Positions 28,156 through 37,461 of a stretch of DNA of 58,450 nucleotides are shown piece after piece; position 1 is the first letter of the stretch; the number at the start of each line of letters is the position of its first letter. A program made the translations under genes and the position numbers. Source of the DNA: Alphaproteobacteria bacterium (GTDB taxonomy: Bacteria; Pseudomonadota; Alphaproteobacteria; Rs-D84; JAERRO01); contig JAERRO010000017.1 of the NCBI GenBank assembly GCA_016735395.1, positions 1 through 58,450 of the forward strand, written 5' to 3'. Under the pieces are notes generated by a model. The model saw only the letters and a program-made list of their open reading frames with translations, ran no database searches and was not told the DNA's origin.

Positions 28156-28899
28156 CTATTGAAAGCAGAACTTATTTCTTTTAATTGTATTACGGTATCT
28201 AATTTTCTGATCGAATTCTGTAGAAGAGCCGAAATATTCTCGTATATAAGTCTTATTTATATTTATAACAGAAAGATATAACACCTTAAAGATTTGATCG
28301 TAATATTGTGTCTGCAGATCTAAATTTATAATAGAATTTTTCAGTGCTATAGGCATCTCTAGGTTCAAACTTTCCATTAGTATTGTGAGATCTTCAACGA
28401 GCCACTCTTGAGGAGAGCTATCGACATTATAGAATCCCGTTTCTAATTGTTTTCTCATAAAAGAGAGAGAGTATTGCACATAATTGCTAATAATAGTCGT
28501 GTACATATATTCGAGTCTATCGACAGAAATATGTCCTTCAAAATAGGCACTAAAATTTACCTTAAAAGCATTATTATAGGTTCTTTGTAGATTATCAAAA
28601 TAAGGGTTAATTCTAAATTCTGCGAGTTTTGGATATTGATCGAACCTTTCTATTGCACATAAATCGTAGAAAGGTTTATGTTTCTTATTAAAAGATATAG
28701 TTGAGAAGGCTATTACTAGAGATAAAATAACTGTTATCCATAGTATAGCATAGTATTGAATCTTATGATTTTTTGACAAATGTCTAAAAGAGAAATGTCG
28801 TTTTACAGATTTATTTTTTTGTATCTTTAGATCTTCAGAGCTATGTTTTCCTCTTTTTCTATTATCATTATGTTTTTTATTACTTTTATTGTTTATCAT
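28156..28899 (-). CDS. Hypothetical membrane-anchored protein (basic N-terminus + 1 TM)
   Basis: 247 aa. Lys/Arg-rich N-terminus, then TM YYAILWITVILSLVIAFSTISF. No domain recognised. Confidence 0.4.
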   Translation of the reverse strand: MINNKSNKKHNDNRKRGKHSSEDLKIQKNKSVKRHFSFRHLSKNHKIQYYAILWITVILSLVIAFSTISFNKKHKPFYDLCAIERFDQYPKLAEFRINPYFDNLQRTYNNAFKVNFSAYFEGHISVDRLEYMYTTIISNYVQYSLSFMRKQLETGFYNVDSSPQEWLVEDLTILMESLNLEMPIALKNSIINLDLQTQYYDQIFKVLYLSVININKTYIREYFGSSTEFDQKIRYRNTIKRNKFCFQ

Positions 28900-28982
28900 A
28901 ACCTACTCCACTTGAAAAACTCTACAAAAGAATTATAGTAATGATAAATAGTAAAGTCAACTAAAATCAGAGAGCTATAAAA

Positions 28983-31322
28983 ATGTCGAGTCGTAATATA
29001 AAATTGTTATTATCTATAGTTTTTTTATCTATAGTTTTATCGATTTTTTTATTTTTACTTTCGTTGATATTATATTTCAGAGATTATCGTATAGACTTTA
29101 AAAGTTTGATAGATTACCGTCCGTTCGTTGCATCTAGATTGTATGCCGAGGACGGGACTTTATTGAAAGAATATGCAGAGAAGCGGAGAATTTTTATCCC
29201 GTCTAGTAAAATACCACAGCTAGTCAAGGATGCCTTTATATCTACAGAGGACAAAAACTTTTATCACCACGGTGGAATAGACATTGCAGGCATCTCTAGA
29301 TCTACGATCTTCAATGTTTTAGGTTTATTAGGGTTAAGCAGTAAAAGTGTTTCTGGGGCATCTACTATTACTCAACAGGTAGTTAGAAACATCTATCTGG
29401 ATCGTTCACGAAATATAGTCAGGAAGACACGAGAAATTTTAATATCTTTACAAATGGAACGAATATTGTCTAAAGAGGAGATACTAGAAGTATACCTCAA
29501 CCATATTTATCTTGGAAACCGTTCATACGGAATAGGGTCTGCTTCGTTGATATATTTTAATAAGTCGTTAGAAGAACTCTCACCAGGTGAAGCCGCCTTT
29601 TTAGCTGGATTACCGAAGGCACCTACTTTATATAGTAATAATACACATAAAGCTACTATCCGTCGAGATTATGTCTTAGGGAGGATGTTGACTGAAAAGA
29701 AAATCAGCAAAGAAGAATACAGTGAGGCTATCGACAATTCATTAGTCTTTTCTAAAACATTCGTAGAGAGGCAGAGCAATAATTTTCTATATTTCACGGA
29801 GGAAATAAGGAGAAAACTAGTAGAAGGTTTAGATTCGGACACATTTTATAATCAGGGCTTATATATAAGAACGAGTTTAAACCCTACCTTTCAGCAAACT
29901 GCTAGCAGTGTTTTCAGGACGGCTTCTATAAACTTCGATAAAAAAACTGGATTTAGAAAAGACAAAACCAGTATAAATATTTTTAACGATGACGGTGAGA
30001 TAGATGAAAATATTTGGCATACAGGTCTAAAGGAACACAATTTCAATAATCCTATCGATATGCCGTCAAATTATCGTAGAGCTATCGTCCTAGAAATAGA
30101 TACAGCTAAAGCTACTATAGGACTATTAGACAAAAAAGTAGGTACTGTTAGTATAGGACACAAATGGAAATTGATAGATTCTATTACTCATAAAGTTATA
30201 AACCCTTCTCCAGATCTAGTAGATTTAATATCACAGGGAGATGTAATATGGGCGATAGAGTCCGACGGAGAGAACACTTTTACTCTTGGTCAGTCGCCAA
30301 AAATAGAGGGCGGTATGATAGTGATGTCTCCGCATACTGGTAGAATTTTGTCTATGGTAGGAGGATTTTCTTTCAAAAGGTCATCTTTCAATAGAGCCAT
30401 TCAGGCGAGTCGTCAAGGTGGATCTACGATAAAGCCCTTTTTATATTTATCTGCTTTAGAAAGTGGCGAGTATACACCTAATACATTGATACTAGATGCC
30501 CCGTTAGTCCTTAATAAAACAGAATTTGAGAAATGGAAACCACATAATTACAACAAGAAATTCAACGGGCAAATGACTATGCAAAGGTCTTTAGAGATAT
30601 CTCAAAACATACCGGCTATTCGTTTATTAGAATCTATCGGCATCAAAAGATTTTACAGATTAGCGAACCGCTTTGAAATATATAGCACTCCCCCTTCCCT
30701 AGATCTATCACTAGCTTTAGGATCTGGAAATACTACACTTTTAAATATGACTTTAGCTTATGCTAAACTTATGACGGGTAAAGATGTATCTCCTTCGCTA
30801 ATAGATTATATACAAAACAGAGACGGTAAAACTATATATCGCAGTATGCCCATCGAATATATAGATCATAAAAATGGCCGTCCACCTCAATTATCTGACG
30901 ACAGAAAATCTATAGGCGACCCAGCTTACCTATATCAAATAATGAATATGTTAGAAGGAGTAATGATCCGTGGATCTGGAAAACAAGTTAATATACCGTC
31001 GTATTCTATAGCAGGTAAAACAGGGACCTCTGATAGTGCTATGGATGCATGGTTTATGGGTATGACTCCTCATCTAATCGTAGGAATCTATTTCGGTTAT
31101 GATAAACCTCAAAGTCTAGGAGATCGTGTCACAGGAGGAAATTTATCTGGCAAAGTTTTTAAGTCGTTTATGGATAAGACTATAAAGATGCATCCTAACA
31201 CACCGTTTTATGTTCCAGACAATATAAACTTTATCCCCATAGATTTAAGCACAGGCAATCGCCCTACAGACACTAGTAAAAACAACGACATCATTCTGAT
31301 GCCGTTTAAGAAGTACGACTAA
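28983..31322 (+). CDS. mrcA: Penicillin-binding protein 1A (bifunctional transglycosylase/transpeptidase)
   Basis: 779 aa. GT51 motifs EDKNFYHHGGID and GASTITQQVVRN. Transpeptidase motifs STIKP and KTGTS. Confidence 0.9.
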   Translation: MSSRNIKLLLSIVFLSIVLSIFLFLLSLILYFRDYRIDFKSLIDYRPFVASRLYAEDGTLLKEYAEKRRIFIPSSKIPQLVKDAFISTEDKNFYHHGGIDIAGISRSTIFNVLGLLGLSSKSVSGASTITQQVVRNIYLDRSRNIVRKTREILISLQMERILSKEEILEVYLNHIYLGNRSYGIGSASLIYFNKSLEELSPGEAAFLAGLPKAPTLYSNNTHKATIRRDYVLGRMLTEKKISKEEYSEAIDNSLVFSKTFVERQSNNFLYFTEEIRRKLVEGLDSDTFYNQGLYIRTSLNPTFQQTASSVFRTASINFDKKTGFRKDKTSINIFNDDGEIDENIWHTGLKEHNFNNPIDMPSNYRRAIVLEIDTAKATIGLLDKKVGTVSIGHKWKLIDSITHKVINPSPDLVDLISQGDVIWAIESDGENTFTLGQSPKIEGGMIVMSPHTGRILSMVGGFSFKRSSFNRAIQASRQGGSTIKPFLYLSALESGEYTPNTLILDAPLVLNKTEFEKWKPHNYNKKFNGQMTMQRSLEISQNIPAIRLLESIGIKRFYRLANRFEIYSTPPSLDLSLALGSGNTTLLNMTLAYAKLMTGKDVSPSLIDYIQNRDGKTIYRSMPIEYIDHKNGRPPQLSDDRKSIGDPAYLYQIMNMLEGVMIRGSGKQVNIPSYSIAGKTGTSDSAMDAWFMGMTPHLIVGIYFGYDKPQSLGDRVTGGNLSGKVFKSFMDKTIKMHPNTPFYVPDNINFIPIDLSTGNRPTDTSKNNDIILMPFKKYD

Positions 31323-31368
31323 AAATATTTAGAGAAGATAGCAACAAGGCTAAAGTCCATTGTGCTAT

Positions 31369-32466
31369 TTAATTTAGAACCGGCATATGTGTATCTGAAT
31401 GATAAAAACTCAGCCGTCTATTCCCGGTACTACAGTAATATTGTTCGACTAGAGACTTTCTACTCAGTCTCTCTGCATTATATCGTTCTTGAACTGCGGT
31501 CTCTATCTTTGTTTGTCCCAGACCATACCCTAGAGCGGATCCCCCTGCTCCTCCTATTACGGTTCCTTTCAAACGATTACCTTCTAATGCATCTTCGTTT
31601 ACAGTTCTGATCATACCGTTCTCCTTTTTGACAGGGGGAAGCACATTATCGGCGAGAGTATTTCCTGCGACTCCACCTGCTATTCCACCGGCAGCCGCAT
31701 ATGTTAAGGCTTTTCCAGTTTCATATCCTTGAGTATGTGCTACAGCCATTCCTCCGGCTCCTAGTCCAGCTCCGATGGCAGCACCTTTGATATCGTTCTT
31801 ACTAGACAAAGCACCGATTACTCCACCTACGAGAGCCGCCGAGATAATATCGAAAGTTTTGTTCTCTTTAAATTCTTCATTCATGTCGTTTATTACATCT
31901 GCTTTAGAAACGATCTTTTTATCGGGAAAAGTTATAGAGAAGGAATTATTATTTTTTGTGGTCATAACATCTAGATTACAGCTTAAATTTGTTCCTTGAG
32001 CTATTAAAGTATCTCCGAGTACTTCTCCCGTCCTAGAGTCCTTCAGTTCTACTACGAACAAACATGTAGTATCGGTCTCACCAGGCATCGCACCCCAAAC
32101 TACGGTATCGTCTACCCATATATTATTACAGTCTTCTAGATCTTCTAAAGTAGTGCCGTCTGATGCGACACCGTTGACTGCAAGTTCTTTAGCCATGGCA
32201 GAGTCTATTACAGGAATCGGCAAATTATATTTTAGGACATCGGAAGAACCAATAGCGGATCCAGTACTCGTCACCGCTCTTTCCTCTGATACCGTCGTCG
32301 TCACCGCTCTTTCGGTTGTCTCCTTTACAGGGGATACTGGAACAGTCGAAGCGACAGGTATAGAACTACTTCTAATAGAAAAGGCAGATCTATTAGCAAC
32401 ACTATCGTTTATAAAACAAAGCACACATAACGAGGATATTACTATAAAGGAGGGCTTTGAAAACAT
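31369..32466 (-). CDS. Secreted glycine-zipper protein (17-kDa-antigen-like), paralog C
   Basis: 365 aa. Signal peptide. Direct repeat ERAVTTTVSEERAVTSTGS. Gly-zipper GGVIGALSS...GAAIGAGLGAGGMAVA...AAGGIAGGVAGN. Its CLFVVELKDSRTGEVLGDTLIAQGTNLSC motif is shared with paralog A. Confidence 0.55.
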   Translation of the reverse strand: MFSKPSFIVISSLCVLCFINDSVANRSAFSIRSSSIPVASTVPVSPVKETTERAVTTTVSEERAVTSTGSAIGSSDVLKYNLPIPVIDSAMAKELAVNGVASDGTTLEDLEDCNNIWVDDTVVWGAMPGETDTTCLFVVELKDSRTGEVLGDTLIAQGTNLSCNLDVMTTKNNNSFSITFPDKKIVSKADVINDMNEEFKENKTFDIISAALVGGVIGALSSKNDIKGAAIGAGLGAGGMAVAHTQGYETGKALTYAAAGGIAGGVAGNTLADNVLPPVKKENGMIRTVNEDALEGNRLKGTVIGGAGGSALGYGLGQTKIETAVQERYNAERLSRKSLVEQYYCSTGNRRLSFYHSDTHMPVLN

Positions 32467-32471
32467 ATTAA

Positions 32472-33113
32472 CTATTCGACTTTAACGATAGAATAATAGT
32501 TTCCCAGTGATATCGTTCCAGATCTACACTCAAAATCTCGAAGACTATTTTCGTATTCTAGCAACCGTTGTTTATATCTATCATCGACTTTCTTTGCAGC
32601 AGAAGAGTTAGCAAGATATCCTCCGGTTCCTGCTCCAACAACTCCACCAGCTACACTAGTAATGGTTCTATTGCTATCTGTAGAGTCAACTAGTCCGTCC
32701 CCGGTTCCTTTGACTACTCCTCCGGCGATATTACCCCCGACATATCCTACAGTTCCACCTGCGACGATTCCTTCTACGGTATTACCAGTTTCATACCCCA
32801 TTTCAGTAGACAACAGAGGTACAGATGCTCCTATCAAAGCTCCTCCGATGGCATATCCCATAGATTGATTATTTAGAACACCCGAATTATCGCTTTCCTT
32901 TTTATTAACGAAGACCTTCTCATCACCTTTAAGATAGAAATCCTTTCCTTTATCACCTTCAACTATGATTCTGTTTACTTTTCCGTCGACAAGTCTATTT
33001 GACTTCATACCTACAGATTTAGAAGGAACATTGTTAGCTATAATGTCGTAAAATGGAATTGCGAGGCAACATGTTAAGACTAAAGTTTGAGATAAAAATT
33101 TAAGATGCTTCAT
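32472..33113 (-). CDS. Secreted glycine-zipper protein, paralog B
   Basis: 213 aa. Signal peptide. GYAIGGALIGA...GIVAGGTVGYVGGNIAGGVVKG...VAGGVVGAGTGGY. Its C-terminal DDRYKQRL..C..G motif resembles paralog C. Confidence 0.55.
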   Translation of the reverse strand: MKHLKFLSQTLVLTCCLAIPFYDIIANNVPSKSVGMKSNRLVDGKVNRIIVEGDKGKDFYLKGDEKVFVNKKESDNSGVLNNQSMGYAIGGALIGASVPLLSTEMGYETGNTVEGIVAGGTVGYVGGNIAGGVVKGTGDGLVDSTDSNRTITSVAGGVVGAGTGGYLANSSAAKKVDDRYKQRLLEYENSLRDFECRSGTISLGNYYSIVKVE

Positions 33114-33127
33114 ATAAAATTCCTTTA

Positions 33128-33649
33128 TTATTTAGGTGCGACGATGTATCCTACGGCACCACCGCCTACTCCACCGATTAGCATTCTTTGAAATCTAGTA
33201 TCTCTATATTCTGTATCTAATTCTGAGATAGCACTTTCGTATGTCGGCTTATTGTTTATATTGGGCAGTCGAACTTCACTAGCTGAAGGAGATATAATCT
33301 CAAGCGATCCTACAGAACAAGTAAAGATATCGTTTAACGGACGAAGAGTAGTCCCAACTAATATACCGGTATTAGTTTGTCGCAACTCTATTTCTACGAG
33401 ACAAGACTCATATAAGTCATACTCATGGATCTTCTGAAATTTAATCTTATATCCTTTGACGGCCAAATCGTCGCAGAGCTTTTTCTGTTCGGTGGATTCT
33501 ATGGCAGCTGGAGATTTTGTAATTGTATATGCAGCTCTCTGAGTAGCTGATCTACTAGAACTGGTGTTGCTAGTTCTAGCAACTGCATCTATGTGAACTA
33601 TAGTGATAACAAAGACTAATAATATATATACTGAAAATTGTTTTAACAT
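33128..33649 (-). CDS. Secreted glycine-zipper protein, paralog A
   Basis: 173 aa. Signal peptide. CLVEIELRQTNTGILVGTTLRPLNDIFTC. C-terminal LIGGVGGGAVGYIV. A TGATATAAT extended -10 lies upstream on the minus strand. Confidence 0.55.
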   Translation of the reverse strand: MLKQFSVYILLVFVITIVHIDAVARTSNTSSSRSATQRAAYTITKSPAAIESTEQKKLCDDLAVKGYKIKFQKIHEYDLYESCLVEIELRQTNTGILVGTTLRPLNDIFTCSVGSLEIISPSASEVRLPNINNKPTYESAISELDTEYRDTRFQRMLIGGVGGGAVGYIVAPK

Positions 33650-33750
33650 ATTGAACTCCTCAATTTTATATATTATATCATAAAAAAACTATTTATACAA
33701 TAAAAATTATTGACTTTAATCTTTAAAAGATATACCTTCGATTATATATA

Positions 33751-33765
33751 GAACAAAAAGCGAAC
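33751..33765. promoter_or_regulatory. Alphaproteobacterial-type SOS box GAAC-N7-GAAC
   Basis: gaacaaaaagcgaac was read directly, 14 nt upstream of the lexA-like ATG and just after a tatata -10-like element. Confidence 0.6.
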
Positions 33766-33778
33766 GAAGAGCAACAAT

Positions 33779-34399
33779 ATGCCGTTAACAAAACAACAAC
33801 ATCAGTTGATGATTATTATCCAAAATTTTATTGAGACTAACAATTATAGTCCGTCATTTGAAGAGCTAAAAGAATTAAGCGATCTACGATCAAAATCCAG
33901 CATCCATTATTTTGTAGAAATATTAGAAAGAAAAGGGTACATTCGAAGGTCCGTGGGGAAGACTCGTAATATAGAGCTAATAAAGAATATAAAGGTTACG
34001 AGGTTAAAAAGTAAAATAGATGTGGACTATTATGAATTTCCTAAAGAGTTAACTAAAAATGTAGACGACTGGCACAAATTGAGTACATCATCGTTTTCCA
34101 GTGATATGTTAGATAGCGATAAATCGTATTTTATGATAAAAATGCCTGACGATACGATGGAGACTTTCGGCATTATGTTGGGAGACACATTATTGTTTAA
34201 AAAAACCACAAAATTTTCGAAAGAACTAAAATTTTCTATGATACTACAAACAAATGTACAGTTCTTGATATGCCGAGCTAGTAGAAAGAACGATAATATT
34301 ATAGTAGAGCGAGGATCTAATGTCCATGCGAATCTGGTCCTTAATCGCAACGGTGCGATACAGATAGGAGAGTTAGTCTATAAGTTTAAAAAATATTAA
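33779..34399 (+). CDS. lexA: LexA-like repressor with degenerate S24 peptidase residues
   Basis: 206 aa. N-terminal LexA winged-helix LTKQQHQLMIIIQNFIETNNYSPSFEELKELSDLRSKSSIHYFVEILERKGYIRR. The C-terminal half aligns by eye with LexA CTD (YFMIKMPDDTMETFGIMLGDTLLFKK vs [25 protein letters not shown]). Confidence 0.6.
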   Translation: MPLTKQQHQLMIIIQNFIETNNYSPSFEELKELSDLRSKSSIHYFVEILERKGYIRRSVGKTRNIELIKNIKVTRLKSKIDVDYYEFPKELTKNVDDWHKLSTSSFSSDMLDSDKSYFMIKMPDDTMETFGIMLGDTLLFKKTTKFSKELKFSMILQTNVQFLICRASRKNDNIIVERGSNVHANLVLNRNGAIQIGELVYKFKKY

Positions 34400-34400
34400 T

Positions 34401-34655
34401 TTATCTTCTATCGAATATATTGGTGATTAAATTTACTATGTAAATCAAAGCTATAACTGCAAATAGGAAGGCTGTAAAATATAGTAGAGAGATGAAGAAA
34501 AAATATGATAGGAAAATCACGACTATTAGTCCTATTAGCCCTAAAAGAATCCTCACAAAGTTCACTGCGATAGAATATAAGTTAGAGTTTTTTCCAGAAA
34601 CGATAACGGAAGCTACTATAATTAGCACTATCCAAAATATAAAATTAAATTCCAT
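34401..34655 (-). CDS. Small hydrophobic membrane protein
   Basis: 84 aa, almost entirely three hydrophobic segments. Confidence 0.4.
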   Translation of the reverse strand: MEFNFIFWIVLIIVASVIVSGKNSNLYSIAVNFVRILLGLIGLIVVIFLSYFFFISLLYFTAFLFAVIALIYIVNLITNIFDRR

Positions 34656-34712
34656 AAAGATCTCTTGTTATGTGGGATTTTGATGACGAAGATTTTATAG
34701 GTCTATTTATTC

Positions 34713-36365
34713 TCATTCAACTTTTTTAACCTCTCTTATGATCTGTCCGAGCCTATTTTTATCGTTAGAAACACCGTCTGCGGTAGTGTGAATCAGTTGA
34801 CTTTCTCCTGCAGACACTGTCTTAATTCTATCTCCAGGCAGTCCTGCTAGAACTAGCTGTTTTTTAATAACATCTGCTCTCCTTCCACCTAGAGAGTAGT
34901 TATAGGCTCTATCTCCTTTAGAATCTGTATGTCCTACGATAGACAGTGAAACTTCCTCGTTATTTTTCATAAGTTGTGCTAATTCTTTAATTGCTTCTTT
35001 ATATTCTATATCTAGTGTGTCTTGATCGAATTTAAAATAGATATCGAGAACTTTTTCTGTGACGGCTTGTTTAGTGGTTAAATGTTTTACTAGAACCTGG
35101 ATATTCTCTGAAGGTTTATTATCTTCGACTTTGACCTTCATATTTTTTGTAGATTTAATTATCCCGGAATTTATACTATCCATAATTTGTCTAAACTCTT
35201 CGACAGTAAGTAAAGTTCTCTGTGTTTCTTTAACCTCCGACATATCTATCTTTATAACTTTAACTTTGTTATCTATTAAACTGATCTGATCATTTATCGT
35301 ATCTACTTTATTGTTGACCGTGGCAAATTGACCGTCTATAGACTTTATCTTATCGGAAGTCGTAGCAGTCCTTTTATCGATTATATTCAGTTTATTATCT
35401 ATTCTATCGACTTTATTACCTACAACATTGATAGCCTTTAGCAACGATTTATTTACACTATTGTTTACTCTAACTATATTATCATCTGTTAACGGTTTTA
35501 CGACATCATTACTAATCGGCAGACTACCTATATCGATCGCATTATCAGACGGTAATCTAGCGGTATTCTCTCTAGAAAATAATTTAGCTAGACTATTGTC
35601 ATCTATGTTATTACTAGATGTAGAAACAGGGATAGTAATCTGATTTATGACGGTCAGTGGTCTCTCTGGTCTCCAAGAAAACGGAGAATATCCTATACTA
35701 GCGGTAGACGGTATATGGTCGACTACTTCGGCATTAGAATTTTGTTTTACTGATTTAACTTTAGGTGTCTTATTCTTTTGATCTGCTATTATTACATCTC
35801 GTTGAGTTATATATCTTTTATTTGTATTTTCTTTTATGAAGTCTAGAGAAGTATAGAAATCATTTTTACATACATCTATATATTCTTGTCCTAGAGTAGT
35901 AGTAGCTTGAACGACCCAGCAGTCAAATTTGGCTTGAGCATTAGAAGTTTCTTCTGGCAATGCGATTCTTCCAGCTTCTCTTACGGCTATAAAATCTTCT
36001 CTAGCAAGTTGTAGTTCTATTAGATAAGCAGGATTTATATCCCAATAAAGAAGTTCTTCTGGATAGACATTTACACCTTCTATAGAGGCAAGAGTTTTAT
36101 TGATAAAATATGTAGCAACATCATCCCGTTTTAATCCGTCTAAATTATATAATGCAAAAGATTTATATTGTGAAGCTAGATGCTGAAAAAACACCTCGCT
36201 ATCCCTTTTGTGGTACGGGTCAATAGAATTAAGCAAATTTCTAGCAGACGATCTAGAGATATCTCCCACTTTTTTTGCCTCTAGTACAGGGCTTATGGCG
36301 AACACAAACATCGTCAAACTTGCGAAAAATATATTATAAAAGATCTTAAACATAAACTGCTCCAC
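34713..36365 (-). CDS. OmpA-family protein with coiled-coil repeat region
   Basis: C-terminal OmpA_C: LSIVGHTDSKGDRAYNYSLGGRRADVIKKQL. Central repeats NKVDRIDNKLNIIDK.../VNNKVDTINDQISLIDNKV. Signal peptide present. The start may be 36353 (MFKIF...). Confidence 0.8.
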   Translation of the reverse strand: MEQFMFKIFYNIFFASLTMFVFAISPVLEAKKVGDISRSSARNLLNSIDPYHKRDSEVFFQHLASQYKSFALYNLDGLKRDDVATYFINKTLASIEGVNVYPEELLYWDINPAYLIELQLAREDFIAVREAGRIALPEETSNAQAKFDCWVVQATTTLGQEYIDVCKNDFYTSLDFIKENTNKRYITQRDVIIADQKNKTPKVKSVKQNSNAEVVDHIPSTASIGYSPFSWRPERPLTVINQITIPVSTSSNNIDDNSLAKLFSRENTARLPSDNAIDIGSLPISNDVVKPLTDDNIVRVNNSVNKSLLKAINVVGNKVDRIDNKLNIIDKRTATTSDKIKSIDGQFATVNNKVDTINDQISLIDNKVKVIKIDMSEVKETQRTLLTVEEFRQIMDSINSGIIKSTKNMKVKVEDNKPSENIQVLVKHLTTKQAVTEKVLDIYFKFDQDTLDIEYKEAIKELAQLMKNNEEVSLSIVGHTDSKGDRAYNYSLGGRRADVIKKQLVLAGLPGDRIKTVSAGESQLIHTTADGVSNDKNRLGQIIREVKKVE

Positions 36366-36415
36366 CGTACATAAAATTATATTAAAGAACTAGAAAATAA
36401 AATGCAAGTTTTTTC

Positions 36416-36444
36416 TTGACAATCTATACTAATTTCTCTATTAT
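36416..36444 (+). promoter_or_regulatory. Consensus-like promoter TTGACA-N17-TATTAT
   Basis: ttgacaatctatactaatttctctattat precedes a 40-codon ORF. Confidence 0.5.
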
Positions 36445-36484
36445 CAGCCTAAGGGAAGTGTATAAATAAAGAAAGGACAAATCA

Positions 36485-36607
36485 ATGGATAGCACCAGCG
36501 AAGCAATAAAAATTTTAAAGCAGAAACTTACTACGGATCAAATTAAGAATAAAGTCCCACTAAATATGAGTGAAATGTTTAGTAAAGAAGGCAAAGATAA
36601 GAGTTAA
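36485..36607 (+). CDS. Possible 40-aa small protein
   Basis: Hand translation gives MDSTSEAIKILKQKLTTDQIKNKVPLNMSEMFSKEGKDKS*. An aaagg RBS-like element lies 8 nt upstream. It is too short for the supplied ORF track. Confidence 0.3.
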   Translation: MDSTSEAIKILKQKLTTDQIKNKVPLNMSEMFSKEGKDKS

Positions 36608-36654
36608 TCAATTTTTTTATAATAGGATTGATCTACTAGATTGAGGGTATATAT

Positions 36655-37005
36655 ATGATTTCTTTTTTAATAACACTGTTAGTAATAGTCTCGATACTAA
36701 TGATAGTTGTAATTTTATTACAAAAGTCTGAAGGTTCAGGAATGTCTAATCAGTCTGCCGCTACATTGATGGGCAGTATGATGTCAGGTTCTAATGCGAA
36801 GTCTTTTATCACAAAATTTACTGTATATCTAGCTATAATATTCTTCGCTTTATGTATTCTAATAGCACTAGTAAGCAAAAATCAGATGGGAGAATCTAGT
36901 CTTCCTAAAGGTCTAGAACCCGTTAGCAAACAGGCACCTGACGAAAAAACAGGACTAGAAAATTTTAAAGATTTATTACCTGAAGCAAGCATTCCTAGTA
37001 ATTGA
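36655..37005 (+). CDS. secG: Preprotein translocase subunit SecG
   Basis: 116 aa. MISFLITLLVIVSILMIVVILLQKSEGSGM plus a second TM segment, the typical SecG layout. Confidence 0.8.
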   Translation: MISFLITLLVIVSILMIVVILLQKSEGSGMSNQSAATLMGSMMSGSNAKSFITKFTVYLAIIFFALCILIALVSKNQMGESSLPKGLEPVSKQAPDEKTGLENFKDLLPEASIPSN

Positions 37006-37031
37006 TTATAAAAAGATAGAGGGATACTTTT

Positions 37032-37451
37032 GTGAATATAAAAATTAAAATCGTCATAGTTTTATCATTACTTTTATCTATATCGTCTGTCTTATATATC
37101 ACACATAAGAATATAACTGTACAGGAACAGACACAAGAATCGACTAACCTAAAAACTATAGACATATATTATCTACCTACATGTACATATTGTCATAAGG
37201 CGATGGACTTTTTAGACGGTGAAGAAATGTCTACTATGATGGGTGGGACTGTTAAAGTAAATAAAATTGACATTTCTAGTTTATCTGGAAGCAAACTTTT
37301 TAAACAAAATTTAGCTTCGAGAGACATCAAAGCGAAAGGAGTTCCGACTATAATTATAGGAGACGAAGTAATGGTTGGTTTCGACGATAAAGATTTTACG
37401 AGAGAAGAGTGCAGAAAAAAAATTAAAAAGTTTATAGATTCTGAGAAATAG
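37032..37451 (+). CDS. Thioredoxin-fold (glutaredoxin-like) protein, membrane-anchored/secreted
   Basis: 139 aa, GTG start. Signal/anchor sequence. CxxC motif YLPTCTYCHKAMDFL and GVPTIIIGD. Confidence 0.6.
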   Translation: MNIKIKIVIVLSLLLSISSVLYITHKNITVQEQTQESTNLKTIDIYYLPTCTYCHKAMDFLDGEEMSTMMGGTVKVNKIDISSLSGSKLFKQNLASRDIKAKGVPTIIIGDEVMVGFDDKDFTREECRKKIKKFIDSEK

Positions 37452-37461
37452 GGAGACAATT

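Noticed and set aside
31362-32485. Plus-strand ORFs 31362..31610, 31775..31999 and 32153..32485, and also 32662..32868 and 33252..33437
   Set aside because: They are mirror frames of the glycine-zipper genes. Gly codons GGN read as Pro/Thr/Ala-rich antisense peptides. There are no independent signals.
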